From Chloroflexota bacterium (GTDB lineage: Bacteria; Chloroflexota; Dehalococcoidia; SM23-28-2; RBG-16-64-32), in assembly GCA_022574655.1 (NCBI GenBank), contig JACZRQ010000001.1, forward strand, positions 6,214-70,213: a stretch of DNA of 64,000 nt, written 5' to 3'. The stretch's first letter is position 1, and each line of letters opens with the position of its first letter. The position numbers and the translations under genes are program-made. Below the pieces are notes generated by a model that made no database searches, was not told the origin of the DNA, and was given only the letters and a program-made list of their open reading frames with translations. Shown piece by piece: positions 41,496-50,798 of this stretch.

Positions 41496-42419
41496 TCAAC
41501 CTCCGAGGCAGCGTGCGAGCTCATCAGCGTTGTGGCGGACAAGGTCCGTATAGGACTCGACATCGCCCATGAAAGCGTCGCTAAGGAGCACACACACCTC
41601 CACTCCAGCATCCGCCGCGGCCTGCTCCAGCACGTCCGTCTCCGGCCCGACTTGCGGCTCTCTGAACACTGCCGGCACCTGCCGATCCTCGATCACCTGC
41701 GTCAGATCAGCCACCGCTCTCGGACTTGGCTCCTGGCCCGGGCCCGTTGCGACCACTGCTCCGACCTCGAAGTCAATCGCGCGTGCGAGATAGGGAAATG
41801 CGTCGTGCGTGGTTACCAACACCCGCCGCCCAAGGGCGACTTCTGCAGCCTTCTGGGCGAGATATGCCGTGGCGTCGTTTAGCTCGCGGGCGTAGTCTAG
41901 ACGGTTCTCTTTGAACTTGTCCTCCTTGCCCGGTACTAGTTCGGCCAAGCGCTCCTCGATGATACCGCCGTAAAAGTGCACAGCTCTGGGATCGAGCCAG
42001 AGGTGCGGGTTGGTGTCGCCGCCTTCGTCACCAACGATTGTCTCGAAACCTCGCGCTGCAGCTTCCTCGGCCAGCTTCACCAGCGACACGTTCGAGCGAA
42101 TGTTCGCCTCTATCAGCGCGATGGTGGCGGTTTCCAGGTTGAATCCATTCGCGAATACGATGTCGGCCTGTGATATCAATGCAACGTCGCCCGGCGAGAG
42201 CTCGAACGTGTGCGGATCGGCCCCGGCCGGGATGAGTGCCGACACTTCGACCTCGTCGCCGCCAACGCCGCGCACAAAGTCTGCGGCCAGTTCCAGAGTC
42301 GTCACCACGCGAAGCCTCTCGCCACTATCATCGTCGCCGCCGCCACACGCGACGGTGGTTAGAATCGCAGTGCAGAGCAACAGAGCGAAGAATCCGATGG
42401 CTATGGTACGCAGCTTCAA
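41496..42419 (-). CDS. Zn/Mn ABC transporter substrate-binding lipoprotein (TroA/ZnuA family)
   Basis: Lipobox TVAC, DPHTFE, NPHLWLDP, THDAFPY. Confidence 0.92.
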   Translation of the reverse strand: MKLRTIAIGFFALLLCTAILTTVACGGGDDDSGERLRVVTTLELAADFVRGVGGDEVEVSALIPAGADPHTFELSPGDVALISQADIVFANGFNLETATIALIEANIRSNVSLVKLAEEAAARGFETIVGDEGGDTNPHLWLDPRAVHFYGGIIEERLAELVPGKEDKFKENRLDYARELNDATAYLAQKAAEVALGRRVLVTTHDAFPYLARAIDFEVGAVVATGPGQEPSPRAVADLTQVIEDRQVPAVFREPQVGPETDVLEQAAADAGVEVCVLLSDAFMGDVESYTDLVRHNADELARCLGG

Positions 42420-42427
42420 AAAACCAG

Positions 42428-42862
42428 CTACCCAGCCAGAACTGCCCTAGACCGGCTCCGGCACTGGGAACACTTACCGTAAAGCTCGAGCCAGTGGCCT
42501 TCGATTTCGAATCCGGTGGCGCTGGAGAGTTCCCGCATTACGTCTGCGATCACGCACTGGTCGAGATCCTGGACACGTCCGCAGTCGCTACAGACGACAT
42601 GATGATGATGCTTGCCCCGCTCAGACACGCGATAGTGCAAGCTCGCATCCTCCATGAGCACACGGCAGACGACGCCGATCTCCGTCAACAGCCGGATCGT
42701 ACGAAACACAGTGGCGCGACCCGCGCCCTGGTACGAGAGGAGATCATCTACGGTGAAGTGCTCGCTCTGCTGGAGGATAGCCGCAATTACAGCACGGCGC
42801 GACGGCGTTACGCGGTGTCCCCGCGCCTCCAGCTTCAGACTAATCGCTTCAAGATCTGACAT
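42428..42862 (-). CDS. Fur family transcriptional regulator (Zur/Mur-like)
   Basis: RVTPSR, RATVFRT, HHHHVVCSDCG, YGKCSQC; first gene of the metal importer operon. Confidence 0.92.
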   Translation of the reverse strand: MSDLEAISLKLEARGHRVTPSRRAVIAAILQQSEHFTVDDLLSYQGAGRATVFRTIRLLTEIGVVCRVLMEDASLHYRVSERGKHHHHVVCSDCGRVQDLDQCVIADVMRELSSATGFEIEGHWLELYGKCSQCRSRSRAVLAG

Positions 42863-42877
42863 TGATACCTCGTCTCG

Positions 42878-42915
42878 GTGAGACTAAGTATCACTTGGAG
42901 ACGTCCTTGTGTCAA
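42878..42915 (-). promoter_or_regulatory. promoter with overlapping Fur-family operator
   Basis: TTGACA-N17-GATACT on the minus strand; the inverted repeat GTGAGACT-A-AGTATCAC (42878-42894) covers the -10. Confidence 0.7.
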
Positions 42916-42937
42916 TGCAGGAGTCTCTACCGGGATT

Positions 42938-43732
42938 CTAGTCGCCGAAGCTTGTGTACAGAATGTATTCGCCGTGGGCTGGCGAAGTGCTGCCGCCCTC
43001 AGGCTCGATGGTAATACCCAGTCCGCTCGGCGGCCCCGACTCGGTCAACCCGAGCGGCATATTACACGAACCGTTGTGCGAGCTGAAGGTGCCGGCGGAC
43101 TGGGGGCTGCCCTCGAGGGTGAACCACGCCTGATAGACCTGGCCTTCTGCCAGAGGTGGCAGGCCCTCACACAAGATGAACCCCGTCTGATCCTTTTGAC
43201 TCCAAGTGTACGTGACCGCCGCTTCCGCAGCCTCGGGGCCCACCGGCTCCACGTCCAAGGTAGCGAGATCATCTGCCCGCAGGAACACAAACATGATGTC
43301 GCGCATGTCGACGATCGTCTGCTCTTCGACGGCAACCAAGTTCTCGAGGTCGCTGTTGTCGCCACGAAGGTCGCTCAATTGGACCTGCAGGACGGCAGCG
43401 AACACCAAGGCGGCGACACCCGCTAGTCCGAACGCTCCAGCGGCGGTTGGCCAACCGACTCGAAACCGGTCAAAAATGCTGGTTGCCGGTCGCGACTCGC
43501 GGGCAGCCTCCCGTATTATCCGCTCTTCCAAGCCGGCCGGGGCGTCCTCCACGGGAATAGCCAGCGCTAGCATCGCTGCCGCGCGCTGCGCCTCGTTCAA
43601 CTGTTCCCAGCAGCGGACGCAGTCTGACACGTGCTCCTCGAGGCCACGAGCCTCGTCCGGCTCAGAGGCGCCAAGAGAGTAGGCGTCAAGGATCTCCGCT
43701 ACTTGCTCGCAGTCCATCTGCTTCGTACTCAT
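42938..43732 (-). CDS. anti-sigma factor (zinc-finger HxxxCxxC plus RskA-like domain)
   Basis: EEHVSDCVRC, TM helix, LPPL...VYQAWF, ITIEPEGGS. Confidence 0.88.
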   Translation of the reverse strand: MSTKQMDCEQVAEILDAYSLGASEPDEARGLEEHVSDCVRCWEQLNEAQRAAAMLALAIPVEDAPAGLEERIIREAARESRPATSIFDRFRVGWPTAAGAFGLAGVAALVFAAVLQVQLSDLRGDNSDLENLVAVEEQTIVDMRDIMFVFLRADDLATLDVEPVGPEAAEAAVTYTWSQKDQTGFILCEGLPPLAEGQVYQAWFTLEGSPQSAGTFSSHNGSCNMPLGLTESGPPSGLGITIEPEGGSTSPAHGEYILYTSFGD

Positions 43733-44358
43733 GTCACCTCGGGACTGAGGGCCGCCTTCAACTTCTGCATCCCCAGTCTAATCCTCGTCTTCACGGTTCC
43801 CAGCGGCTGATCTAGCTTGTCGGAGATCTCCTGCTGTGTCAGGCCCCCGAAGTAGGCAAGCTCGATCACCCGTCGCTGCTCCGCCGGTAGACCCGAAAGC
43901 GCCGTTAAGATGATCCTGCGCTGATCCGACATCTCTGCCGTCAGCGCCGGATCGTCCCGCTCATCTCCGGGTACGTCCCATTCTTGCTCCTCCGGCGATG
44001 CAGTCTCGTGCCGATAACGTCGGTTCCGTGACCGGATCGCGTCGACCGCTCGGTTCCTGGTCACCGAAGTGAGCCAGGTCGCAAACTTCCCACGCGTCGC
44101 CACGTAGCTCTCTGGCTTGCGCCATATGCGAAGGAATATTTCCTGAACCACATCCTCAGCCAAACTCGCATCTCGCAGCACCCGCAGTGAGGCGGAGTAC
44201 ACGAGACTGCTATATCGGTTGTAAAGCGTCCGAAACGCCGTCAGGTCCCGAAGGGTCAGGCGTTCCATGAGCGCCTGGTCCTCCAGAGCCTTGTACGTCT
44301 CTTCCTCAGATGTTACGTCCGTCATAGCGTCACTAGATTCGTCGCGATTCGCTGGCAA
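43729..44358 (-). CDS. ECF sigma factor (SigK-like)
   Basis: AEDVVQEIFLRIW, RNRAVD, LAYFGGLTQQEI, PLGTVKTRIR; start uncertain. Confidence 0.92.
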   Translation of the reverse strand: MPANRDESSDAMTDVTSEEETYKALEDQALMERLTLRDLTAFRTLYNRYSSLVYSASLRVLRDASLAEDVVQEIFLRIWRKPESYVATRGKFATWLTSVTRNRAVDAIRSRNRRYRHETASPEEQEWDVPGDERDDPALTAEMSDQRRIILTALSGLPAEQRRVIELAYFGGLTQQEISDKLDQPLGTVKTRIRLGMQKLKAALSPEVT

Positions 44359-44441
44359 TCAGACCACATTCTAACGAGCGGAACCGCCCCGTTCCACAGA
44401 CCGTTCATTCTATCGGGGTGCCGTCACAAGGAGGACTCAAG

Positions 44442-44830
44442 TTGAAACGCTTCGCACTGAGGTCCCGCCGGTGAGAACCAGAGTCGACAGCGCAAACCTA
44501 TCATCCAGGAACTGACGGACTCGGTCGCCGTAGACAGGGGCCTTCTCGGTGTTACAATCGAGTCAGTGGATCGGGCGCTCGCCGTCGGTTGCTTTCCGCT
44601 CTCGGCATTTCAGTGATGTCCTCATACACATGACAGGGTGCAACGAGGAGGCCCCCGCTGACGAAGCCGGCCTGCAGCCGTGCGGTGTGATCGTCCAGAT
44701 CCAAGACGAACCGATCGATACACTCGGCGATCTCTTCAGCGTTCTGAACGATTATCGTGCCAGCGTCACGGTAGGCGTAGAGTTCATCAGACGAGACGAC
44801 CGCAAATCAACGGAGATCATATTGGGCTGA
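44442..44830 (+). pseudogene. degraded HtrA/DegP-type protease gene (start and PDZ remnant)
   Basis: AAGGAGG RBS and TTG MKRFALRSRR*, then frameshifted fragments KPIIQELTDSVAVDRGLLGVTIESVD and PADEAGLQPCGVIVQIQDEPI...VEFIR; no protease domain. Confidence 0.65.
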
Positions 44831-44862
44831 CGAGACGCCCGGCAACATGGGATAATGGATTT

Positions 44863-45720
44863 ATGTCGATTTACATAGACGGACTATACAGAAATATAGA
44901 GGTTACGACGGCTCCGAAGCGCGTGATCTCGATCGTGCCAAGCCTTACCGAAACGCTCTTCACGTTCGGAGCTGCAGACATCGTCATGGGTGTCACGGAC
45001 TTTTGCGTCGAACCACCCGAAGCGATGAAGTCGAAAGTTAGGGTCGGCGGAACAAAGACGCTTGATATCGAGAAGGTGAAAGAGATGAAGCCGGATCTCG
45101 TGATAGCGAACGCGGAAGAGAACCGCGAAGAAGACATCCGCCAGCTAGTCAGAAGCGGAATCAAGGTCTTCGTGACGTTTCCGCGCACCGTGTCCGCAGC
45201 GATCAAGATGATGCGCCAGATCGCAGAGATGACGGAGACGCTAGACCGAGCCGAGCCTATTCTCCAGGAGGCCGATGAGACCCTGGCGGAGGTTACGGCC
45301 TTGAGCCAGACGAAGCCGCGGCCGCGCGTGTTCTGCCCGATCTGGAGACGACCCTGGATGAGCGTGGGCGCCGATACCTACACGCACGACTTCATAGCCG
45401 TATGCGGTGGCCGCAACCTCTTCGCAGATCGCCACGATCGGTACCCGCGCATCGAGCTTGACGAGGTGGCACGCAGGATACCCGATGTGATCCTCCTCCC
45501 AAATGAGCCGTATAACTTCCGCGAGGAGCACAAAGCAGATTTCACCGACCGCACACACGTCCCCGCGGTACGGGATGATCGTATCCACATAGTGGATGGC
45601 AAGATTCTATGTTGGTATGGACCGAGGATCGCGAAGGGGCTCCGATTCATCAACGGTCTGCTCCAGAACCCTGCCTCTAAAAACAAGGCTAGCGGTAAGA
45701 CAAGCAAAGCATCCACTTGA
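44863..45720 (+). CDS. BtuF-like helical-backbone metal/cobalamin binding protein
   Basis: PKRVISIVPSLTETL, GVTDFC, GGTK, PDLVIAN, WYGPR. Confidence 0.85.
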   Translation: MSIYIDGLYRNIEVTTAPKRVISIVPSLTETLFTFGAADIVMGVTDFCVEPPEAMKSKVRVGGTKTLDIEKVKEMKPDLVIANAEENREEDIRQLVRSGIKVFVTFPRTVSAAIKMMRQIAEMTETLDRAEPILQEADETLAEVTALSQTKPRPRVFCPIWRRPWMSVGADTYTHDFIAVCGGRNLFADRHDRYPRIELDEVARRIPDVILLPNEPYNFREEHKADFTDRTHVPAVRDDRIHIVDGKILCWYGPRIAKGLRFINGLLQNPASKNKASGKTSKAST

Positions 45721-45790
45721 GAGCCCACTGGGCTTGGATTAAGCTAGATAGTAGGGGTGATAGCACCGCCCCATTGAGGTGATGACTTAG

Positions 45791-46681
45791 ATGACTCAAG
45801 TCAAGACAGTTTTCCTCTTAACCATTCTCTCGGGGATCTTCTTGGCCATCGGCTATTTTTTGTTCGGTACTATCGGGATCGTCGGCGGCGCCATCTTTGG
45901 TCTCGCCATGAACGTCGGCTCATACTGGGGCTCGGACAAGCTCGCGCTACGAATGACCGGCTCCAAAGAGGTCACCCAGGACGAAGAGCCCCGGCTTCAC
46001 AGGATCGTAGACGAAGTATCGTCCATGGCACGGATGCCGAAGCCCAAGGTCTACATTATCCAGAACGACGCACCGAACGCGTTCGCGACCGGCCGTAACG
46101 AGAACCACGCGGCAGTCGCCGCGACCACCGGCATTTTGCGCATTCTCGACGACCGCGAGCTGACGGCTGTCTTCGGTCACGAGCTGGGACACGTTAAGAA
46201 CCGCGACATCCTAGTCAGCGCCATCGTCGCCTCTATTGCAACGGCAATCATGGCGCTGGCCTTCATCGGCAGATTTGCGATGTTCTTCGGCGGCCGACGA
46301 GGCATGGGCGGCATGATCGCCATGCTGGCGATCATCATTCTCGCACCGCTTGCTGCCACAGCCGTCCGATTCGCCATTTCACGCCAGCGCGAGTTTGGCG
46401 CGGACGCAACGGGCGCCGAGATCACTCACACACCGATGGCACTGGCAAGCGCGCTACAGAAGCTTGAGAGTTATTCAAAGGCGCGACCGATGCAGGTCAA
46501 CCCAGCCGTTTCCCATCTATTCATCGTCAACCCGCTAGGCGCGACGAAGAGTCAGGGACAGGGGGGAGACTCGATGATGTCCGGATTCATCGGTGGCGGC
46601 CTGTTTAGCAGCCACCCGCCGATGGAGAAGCGCATCGAGCGACTCAACGAGATCGCTCGCCGCACCGGCAACTACTCGTAG
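45791..46681 (+). CDS. htpX: zinc metalloprotease HtpX
   Basis: PNAFATGRN, GHELGHVKNRDIL, SRQREFGAD, SHPPMEKRI. Confidence 0.92.
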   Translation: MTQVKTVFLLTILSGIFLAIGYFLFGTIGIVGGAIFGLAMNVGSYWGSDKLALRMTGSKEVTQDEEPRLHRIVDEVSSMARMPKPKVYIIQNDAPNAFATGRNENHAAVAATTGILRILDDRELTAVFGHELGHVKNRDILVSAIVASIATAIMALAFIGRFAMFFGGRRGMGGMIAMLAIIILAPLAATAVRFAISRQREFGADATGAEITHTPMALASALQKLESYSKARPMQVNPAVSHLFIVNPLGATKSQGQGGDSMMSGFIGGGLFSSHPPMEKRIERLNEIARRTGNYS

Positions 46682-46701
46682 CCACAAACCCATGAACGAC
46701 T

Positions 46702-46725
46702 AGGGCCTCCCGGGCGGGAGGCCCT
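46702..46725 (+). terminator. GC-rich hairpin after htpX (possible terminator)
   Basis: AGGGCCTCCC-GGGC-GGGAGGCCCT, 10-bp stem; no U-tract. Confidence 0.45.
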
Positions 46726-46779
46726 GCTGCTATAGTGGTCTGTACGCACCATCCGTATGTACGAAAGGAGCCTCAAGCT

Positions 46780-47247
46780 GTGAGATTCCTCGCGGTTCCC
46801 GCCGCCTTCATTGCACTCCTTGCATTCTTCGCCTGTAGCGACGACGAGGGCGAAGACTCCAAACTAGACGTTACCCTTGGCGAATTCTTCATCGATACCA
46901 CTCTAGACACCGTGCCGCCCGGCGACGTCACGTTCGACATCGAAAACGACGGCCCTGATCTAGATCATGAGCTGATAATCATTCGCACGGACTTTGGGAT
47001 TGACGAGTTGCCTACGGAAAACGACGGGACCGTCGATGAGCGTGCGGCCGGAATGGACGTAAAAGGCCGGATCGAGAAGGTGGATCCAGACCGAAAGACT
47101 AGCGGCACCTTCAGTCTGACGGATCCGGGCGCGTACGTTCTGATCTGCAACCTGAAGGATAGAGACGACGAGCCAGACGCCTCTCACTACGCGGACGGAA
47201 TGCGCATCGCCTTCACCGTTGAAGAGTTCGCCGTAACTTCAGAATAA
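46780..47247 (+). CDS. cupredoxin (type-1 copper) lipoprotein, sulfocyanin/auracyanin-like
   Basis: Lipobox FFAC; candidate ligands H (DHELII), C (LICNL), H and M (HYADGM). Confidence 0.78.
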   Translation: MRFLAVPAAFIALLAFFACSDDEGEDSKLDVTLGEFFIDTTLDTVPPGDVTFDIENDGPDLDHELIIIRTDFGIDELPTENDGTVDERAAGMDVKGRIEKVDPDRKTSGTFSLTDPGAYVLICNLKDRDDEPDASHYADGMRIAFTVEEFAVTSE

Positions 47248-47273
47248 CCAGGATACGCGCCTAGCACGGCCGT

Positions 47274-48356
47274 CTAGGCGGAGGAGACGGCTTCGGTGTG
47301 CTTTCCCGCGAAGTGCGGCATTACGTACTTGCCAAATCGCTCCGCCTCTTCAAGGTGCGGGTATCCGGAAAGGATGAACGTGTCGAGGCCGATGTCGGCG
47401 TACTCCTGTAACCGCTTCGCGACGTTCTCGCCTGAGCCCACGAGCGCCGTACCGACTCCCACGCGGGCCTTGCCGATGCCGGTCCACAGGTTGGGTGCGA
47501 TCACGAGGTTCTCTCCGTCTTTGCTGCGCATCTGCTGCTGCCTTCGTTCTCCTTCTGAATCGGTGCGAGCGTGGACCTTGTCCATCGCAGATTCCATGCG
47601 TTCTGGAATCTGCGAGATCAGATCGTCAGCCGCGGCCCACGCCTCCTCCTCCGTCTCACGCACGACGACGTGCAGCCGCATTCCGAAGCGTAACGTCTTG
47701 CCTAAGGCAGACGCCCTTTTGCGCATATCTTCGATTCGCTCCCGCACCATCTCCTGCGTTTCAGCCCAAAGGAGGTATACGTCGGTTTCCTCGGCGCCGA
47801 CGCGCTTCCCGGCCTCCGAAGCGCCACCGAAATAGAAGGGTGGGCACGGCTGCTGATAGGGGCGCGGGAACAGCTTCGCGCCTTCCACCTTGTAGTACTT
47901 GCCTTCGTGATCCCAACGCTTTTCCTCGGTCCAGGCCCTTCGTACAACCTGCATAAACTCCCGGGTCCGTTCGTATCGCTCGTCGTGGTCAAGGAAATCG
48001 CCGTCGGCTGCAAGCTCCGCAGGGTAGCCGCCAGTGACGATGTTGATGAGCACCCGGCCTTTGGTCAGCTGGTCGAGCGTGTTGGACATCTTCGCGGCTA
48101 CCGTCGGCGCCACGAAGCCGGGACGCATCGCGACCAGGAACTTCAACCGCTTCGTCCTGCCGGCAACCGCGGCCGCAGAGAGCCAAGCGTCCTGACATGC
48201 AGCCCCGACCGGAACCAGCGCGAACGTGAAGCCGGCATCCTCAGCCGTCGTGACGACTTCCTCGAGGTAGTCCAAGCTTGGCTCTCTGGTCGGCGGCCCG
48301 ATTATCTCGGAGTCACCCATCGTTGGTAGGAACCAACCAAAATCAATCTTCGTCAT
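47274..48356 (-). CDS. LLM-class flavin-dependent monooxygenase (SsuD-like)
   Basis: WFLPTMGD, FLVAMRPG, YFGGASE, NLWTGIG, ILSGYPHLEEA. Confidence 0.88.
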   Translation of the reverse strand: MTKIDFGWFLPTMGDSEIIGPPTREPSLDYLEEVVTTAEDAGFTFALVPVGAACQDAWLSAAAVAGRTKRLKFLVAMRPGFVAPTVAAKMSNTLDQLTKGRVLINIVTGGYPAELAADGDFLDHDERYERTREFMQVVRRAWTEEKRWDHEGKYYKVEGAKLFPRPYQQPCPPFYFGGASEAGKRVGAEETDVYLLWAETQEMVRERIEDMRKRASALGKTLRFGMRLHVVVRETEEEAWAAADDLISQIPERMESAMDKVHARTDSEGERRQQQMRSKDGENLVIAPNLWTGIGKARVGVGTALVGSGENVAKRLQEYADIGLDTFILSGYPHLEEAERFGKYVMPHFAGKHTEAVSSA

Positions 48357-48387
48357 ACCGCTCTCCCCGCTTACAGGCCCCTCGTTG

Positions 48388-48852
48388 CTACCCCTTCAGC
48401 GCCACCGCACACTCATCCAGGTCAGGCACCTCTAGCACCGGATGGACGTCAATGTAGCGGATGATCCCTTCCTTGTCGATCCCGATGACAGCGCGCTCGG
48501 CAACGCCGACCGGGAACAGCACACCGAACTTCTCTGCCACGGCCCCGTGCGGCCAGAAGTCGCTCAAGAGCGGAAATTCGATCCCCATCTGCTTCGCCCA
48601 AGCGTCGAGGGTGTAGTTGTTGTCCACGCTGACGCCGAACACGAGGGTGTCGTCATCGAACATGCTCTTTTGATCCTGGATCCGTGGCATCTGCTGAGAG
48701 CAGACCCCCGAAAATGCTGCCGGAAAGAAGTTGAGCACCACATTGTGCTTGCCTTTGGCATCGCTCAACTTAAATTCGCTGTTCTCCGTGCCTTTCAGCT
48801 CAAAGTCAGGGGCAGCGTCCCCTACCTTCAGCGTCTTCGTCGAATCTCCCAT
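48388..48852 (-). CDS. peroxiredoxin (AhpE-like)
   Basis: GDAAPDF, FFPAAFSGVC, SDFWPHG, AERA. Confidence 0.88.
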   Translation of the reverse strand: MGDSTKTLKVGDAAPDFELKGTENSEFKLSDAKGKHNVVLNFFPAAFSGVCSQQMPRIQDQKSMFDDDTLVFGVSVDNNYTLDAWAKQMGIEFPLLSDFWPHGAVAEKFGVLFPVGVAERAVIGIDKEGIIRYIDVHPVLEVPDLDECAVALKG

Positions 48853-48900
48853 GTGTCCCTCCTTGCGAGCTTGCTGATCAAGTGAACCGAAATGATACCA

Positions 48901-49725
48901 CTAGTTCGGCACTGCTGAAACGAACATTATCCCTTTGGCGACGACCTCGCCCGAGAGAACCAGTGCCATGGCGATGTACAGCAGGCCCGTTGCGGACTGC
49001 ATCGCCCGCACGCCGGATGAGTCGTAGGCCATGTATGCGAGGAGCATCGGAAACGCTAAGCCGCCAGCCACACGCATCCAGAAGAACGGATTCTCGAGAA
49101 TCGGCGTGTCTACCGAGCTGGGGAACGAGTCTCGCGGCAGCGCCAACGCGAGGATGATGAGCACGGCCTGCAGCAGCATCATGACGAGCAGCAGTCCAGT
49201 CATCTCGCGCAGCGGCTTCTCGGGGAGTCGTGGCGTAACCAGATACCAGTGGCCGAGGACCATGCCCATAGAGACGGCGCCGACGACCAGCGCGCCGACG
49301 ATGAGACTGAGCAGCGTTCCCACGTAACCCCACGTTGGCACCGCTAGCACCTGCGCGAAGAATGCCATCGCCACCAGCCCGGCTATGGAAGCCAGCACGC
49401 CCGCAGCGATCCCCAGCCTACGAGCTTCGATCAGTGTGAGGAGCGAGTACGGCAGCGATAGGCCAAACAGCAAGGCCAACGCCAGCCGCGCCTCCGGCAT
49501 GTACGACGGATCGAGCGGATAGCCGTCGATCTCGTCGCCGACGTTGATCGTGGCGGCCACCCAAAAGGCGAACCCGGCCATGACGAAAACGGTTGCCGCG
49601 CCGAACTTGATGAACGACGGCGTCGCCTGTCCGCGGATCTGGGAAAAGAGGACGACCCACAGCGAGCCGATCGCGAACTCAACGAGGACGATCAGGAGGG
49701 CGAAAGGAAGTGCTTCAGCGCTCAT
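48901..49725 (-). CDS. hypothetical polytopic membrane protein
   Basis: About 8 hydrophobic segments; MVLGHWYL and SATGLLY motifs; start uncertain. Confidence 0.75.
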   Translation of the reverse strand: MSAEALPFALLIVLVEFAIGSLWVVLFSQIRGQATPSFIKFGAATVFVMAGFAFWVAATINVGDEIDGYPLDPSYMPEARLALALLFGLSLPYSLLTLIEARRLGIAAGVLASIAGLVAMAFFAQVLAVPTWGYVGTLLSLIVGALVVGAVSMGMVLGHWYLVTPRLPEKPLREMTGLLLVMMLLQAVLIILALALPRDSFPSSVDTPILENPFFWMRVAGGLAFPMLLAYMAYDSSGVRAMQSATGLLYIAMALVLSGEVVAKGIMFVSAVPN

Positions 49726-49817
49726 CGACGACAGCAATTATCCGACTCGCTCGAAGTACCAGCAAGACAGGCCAAGCCATCACGCAAATCGGGTCGGTCC
49801 AGCGCTACAATAGCGGC

Positions 49818-50303
49818 ATGCTCCTTCAAGAACGTGACTCCCTCGGCTGGGTGCTCAAGGCTCTTCGCGAGACCGGCGGCCTGATCGGACGCGAATTCTA
49901 TGGCATGGCTGAAGACGAGCTCATCGAGCGTCCGCATGAAGACGAACTTTCGCTGAAGGAGATTGCGGCGCACCTGCGCGACGCCGAGGAGCTTGCGGTC
50001 AAGCAGTTCAACGCCTTCGCCGAACGGACGCGGAAGCTGCCCGCATGGGACATCGACGTCCTTCCCTTCGAGCGCGACTATCGGTCATCGGACCTCGAAG
50101 AGGTTCTCAGCCAGCTGCGGATGCTACGACGCGAGTCGACGCATCTACTGTGGAGCGTATCTGAAGATGACTGGAGCCGGGAGGCCGATCATCCCTATCG
50201 TGACAAGGTCACGCTGGAGCAGATGGCGAGGGAGCTAGCAGAGCACGACCTTGAGCACCTCTGGCAGATGCGCCGGATCAAGTCCGACTTCGCGCCCGAC
50301 TAG
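49818..50303 (+). CDS. DinB family protein
   Basis: SLKEIAAHLRDAE...EHDLEHLWQ; TACAAT 6 nt before the ATG. Confidence 0.82.
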   Translation: MLLQERDSLGWVLKALRETGGLIGREFYGMAEDELIERPHEDELSLKEIAAHLRDAEELAVKQFNAFAERTRKLPAWDIDVLPFERDYRSSDLEEVLSQLRMLRRESTHLLWSVSEDDWSREADHPYRDKVTLEQMARELAEHDLEHLWQMRRIKSDFAPD

Positions 50304-50779
50304 GCAACAACAGCCTTCAGATCGTTCACGTGGCCGCCCAGGTGCTCAGTGAATGAACCGGCGATGATATCCGCCACCGTTCCCCTCTCGCCCCAAGGCG
50401 CCTCGAACGGAGCGGCCAGTAGCTGATCCGGAGCGGCCTTGACGACCTGCCTGTCGCGATACAGCGTATCCGTTATCTCGGTCAGCAGCGCCTTGACCGC
50501 CTTCTTCTCGCGAGCCGCGACCTGTTGCGCGTTGAACGCATCGTTGTCGAACTCGCTGTCGCCCTCTCGCCGGCCGACAACGGGACCGGTTCGTGCCAGG
50601 GTAAGGATGAAGCCCGCGACGCCGGCGGTGGACGACAAGTGCGACAGCACTTGTTTGGCGTTCCAGCCGTTTTCGTAGATGCCCTTGTCCCACTCTGACT
50701 TCGGCAGCGTGGCAACTAGCTCCTCTACGGTGGCTTGGAACGCCTCAAGGGCCGCGATTACGTCTTCCTTCGTCGTCAT
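50300..50779 (-). CDS. DinB/MDMPI-N superfamily protein
   Basis: GWNAKQVLSHL...EHLGGH. Confidence 0.75.
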   Translation of the reverse strand: MTTKEDVIAALEAFQATVEELVATLPKSEWDKGIYENGWNAKQVLSHLSSTAGVAGFILTLARTGPVVGRREGDSEFDNDAFNAQQVAAREKKAVKALLTEITDTLYRDRQVVKAAPDQLLAAPFEAPWGERGTVADIIAGSFTEHLGGHVNDLKAVVA

Positions 50780-50798
50780 CCGATTCTCCCGCTTAAGC

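Noticed and set aside
48388..48852. Additional selenoproteins (peroxiredoxin, HesB-like protein)
   Set aside because: Both ORFs are uninterrupted and use Cys codons at the relevant sites.
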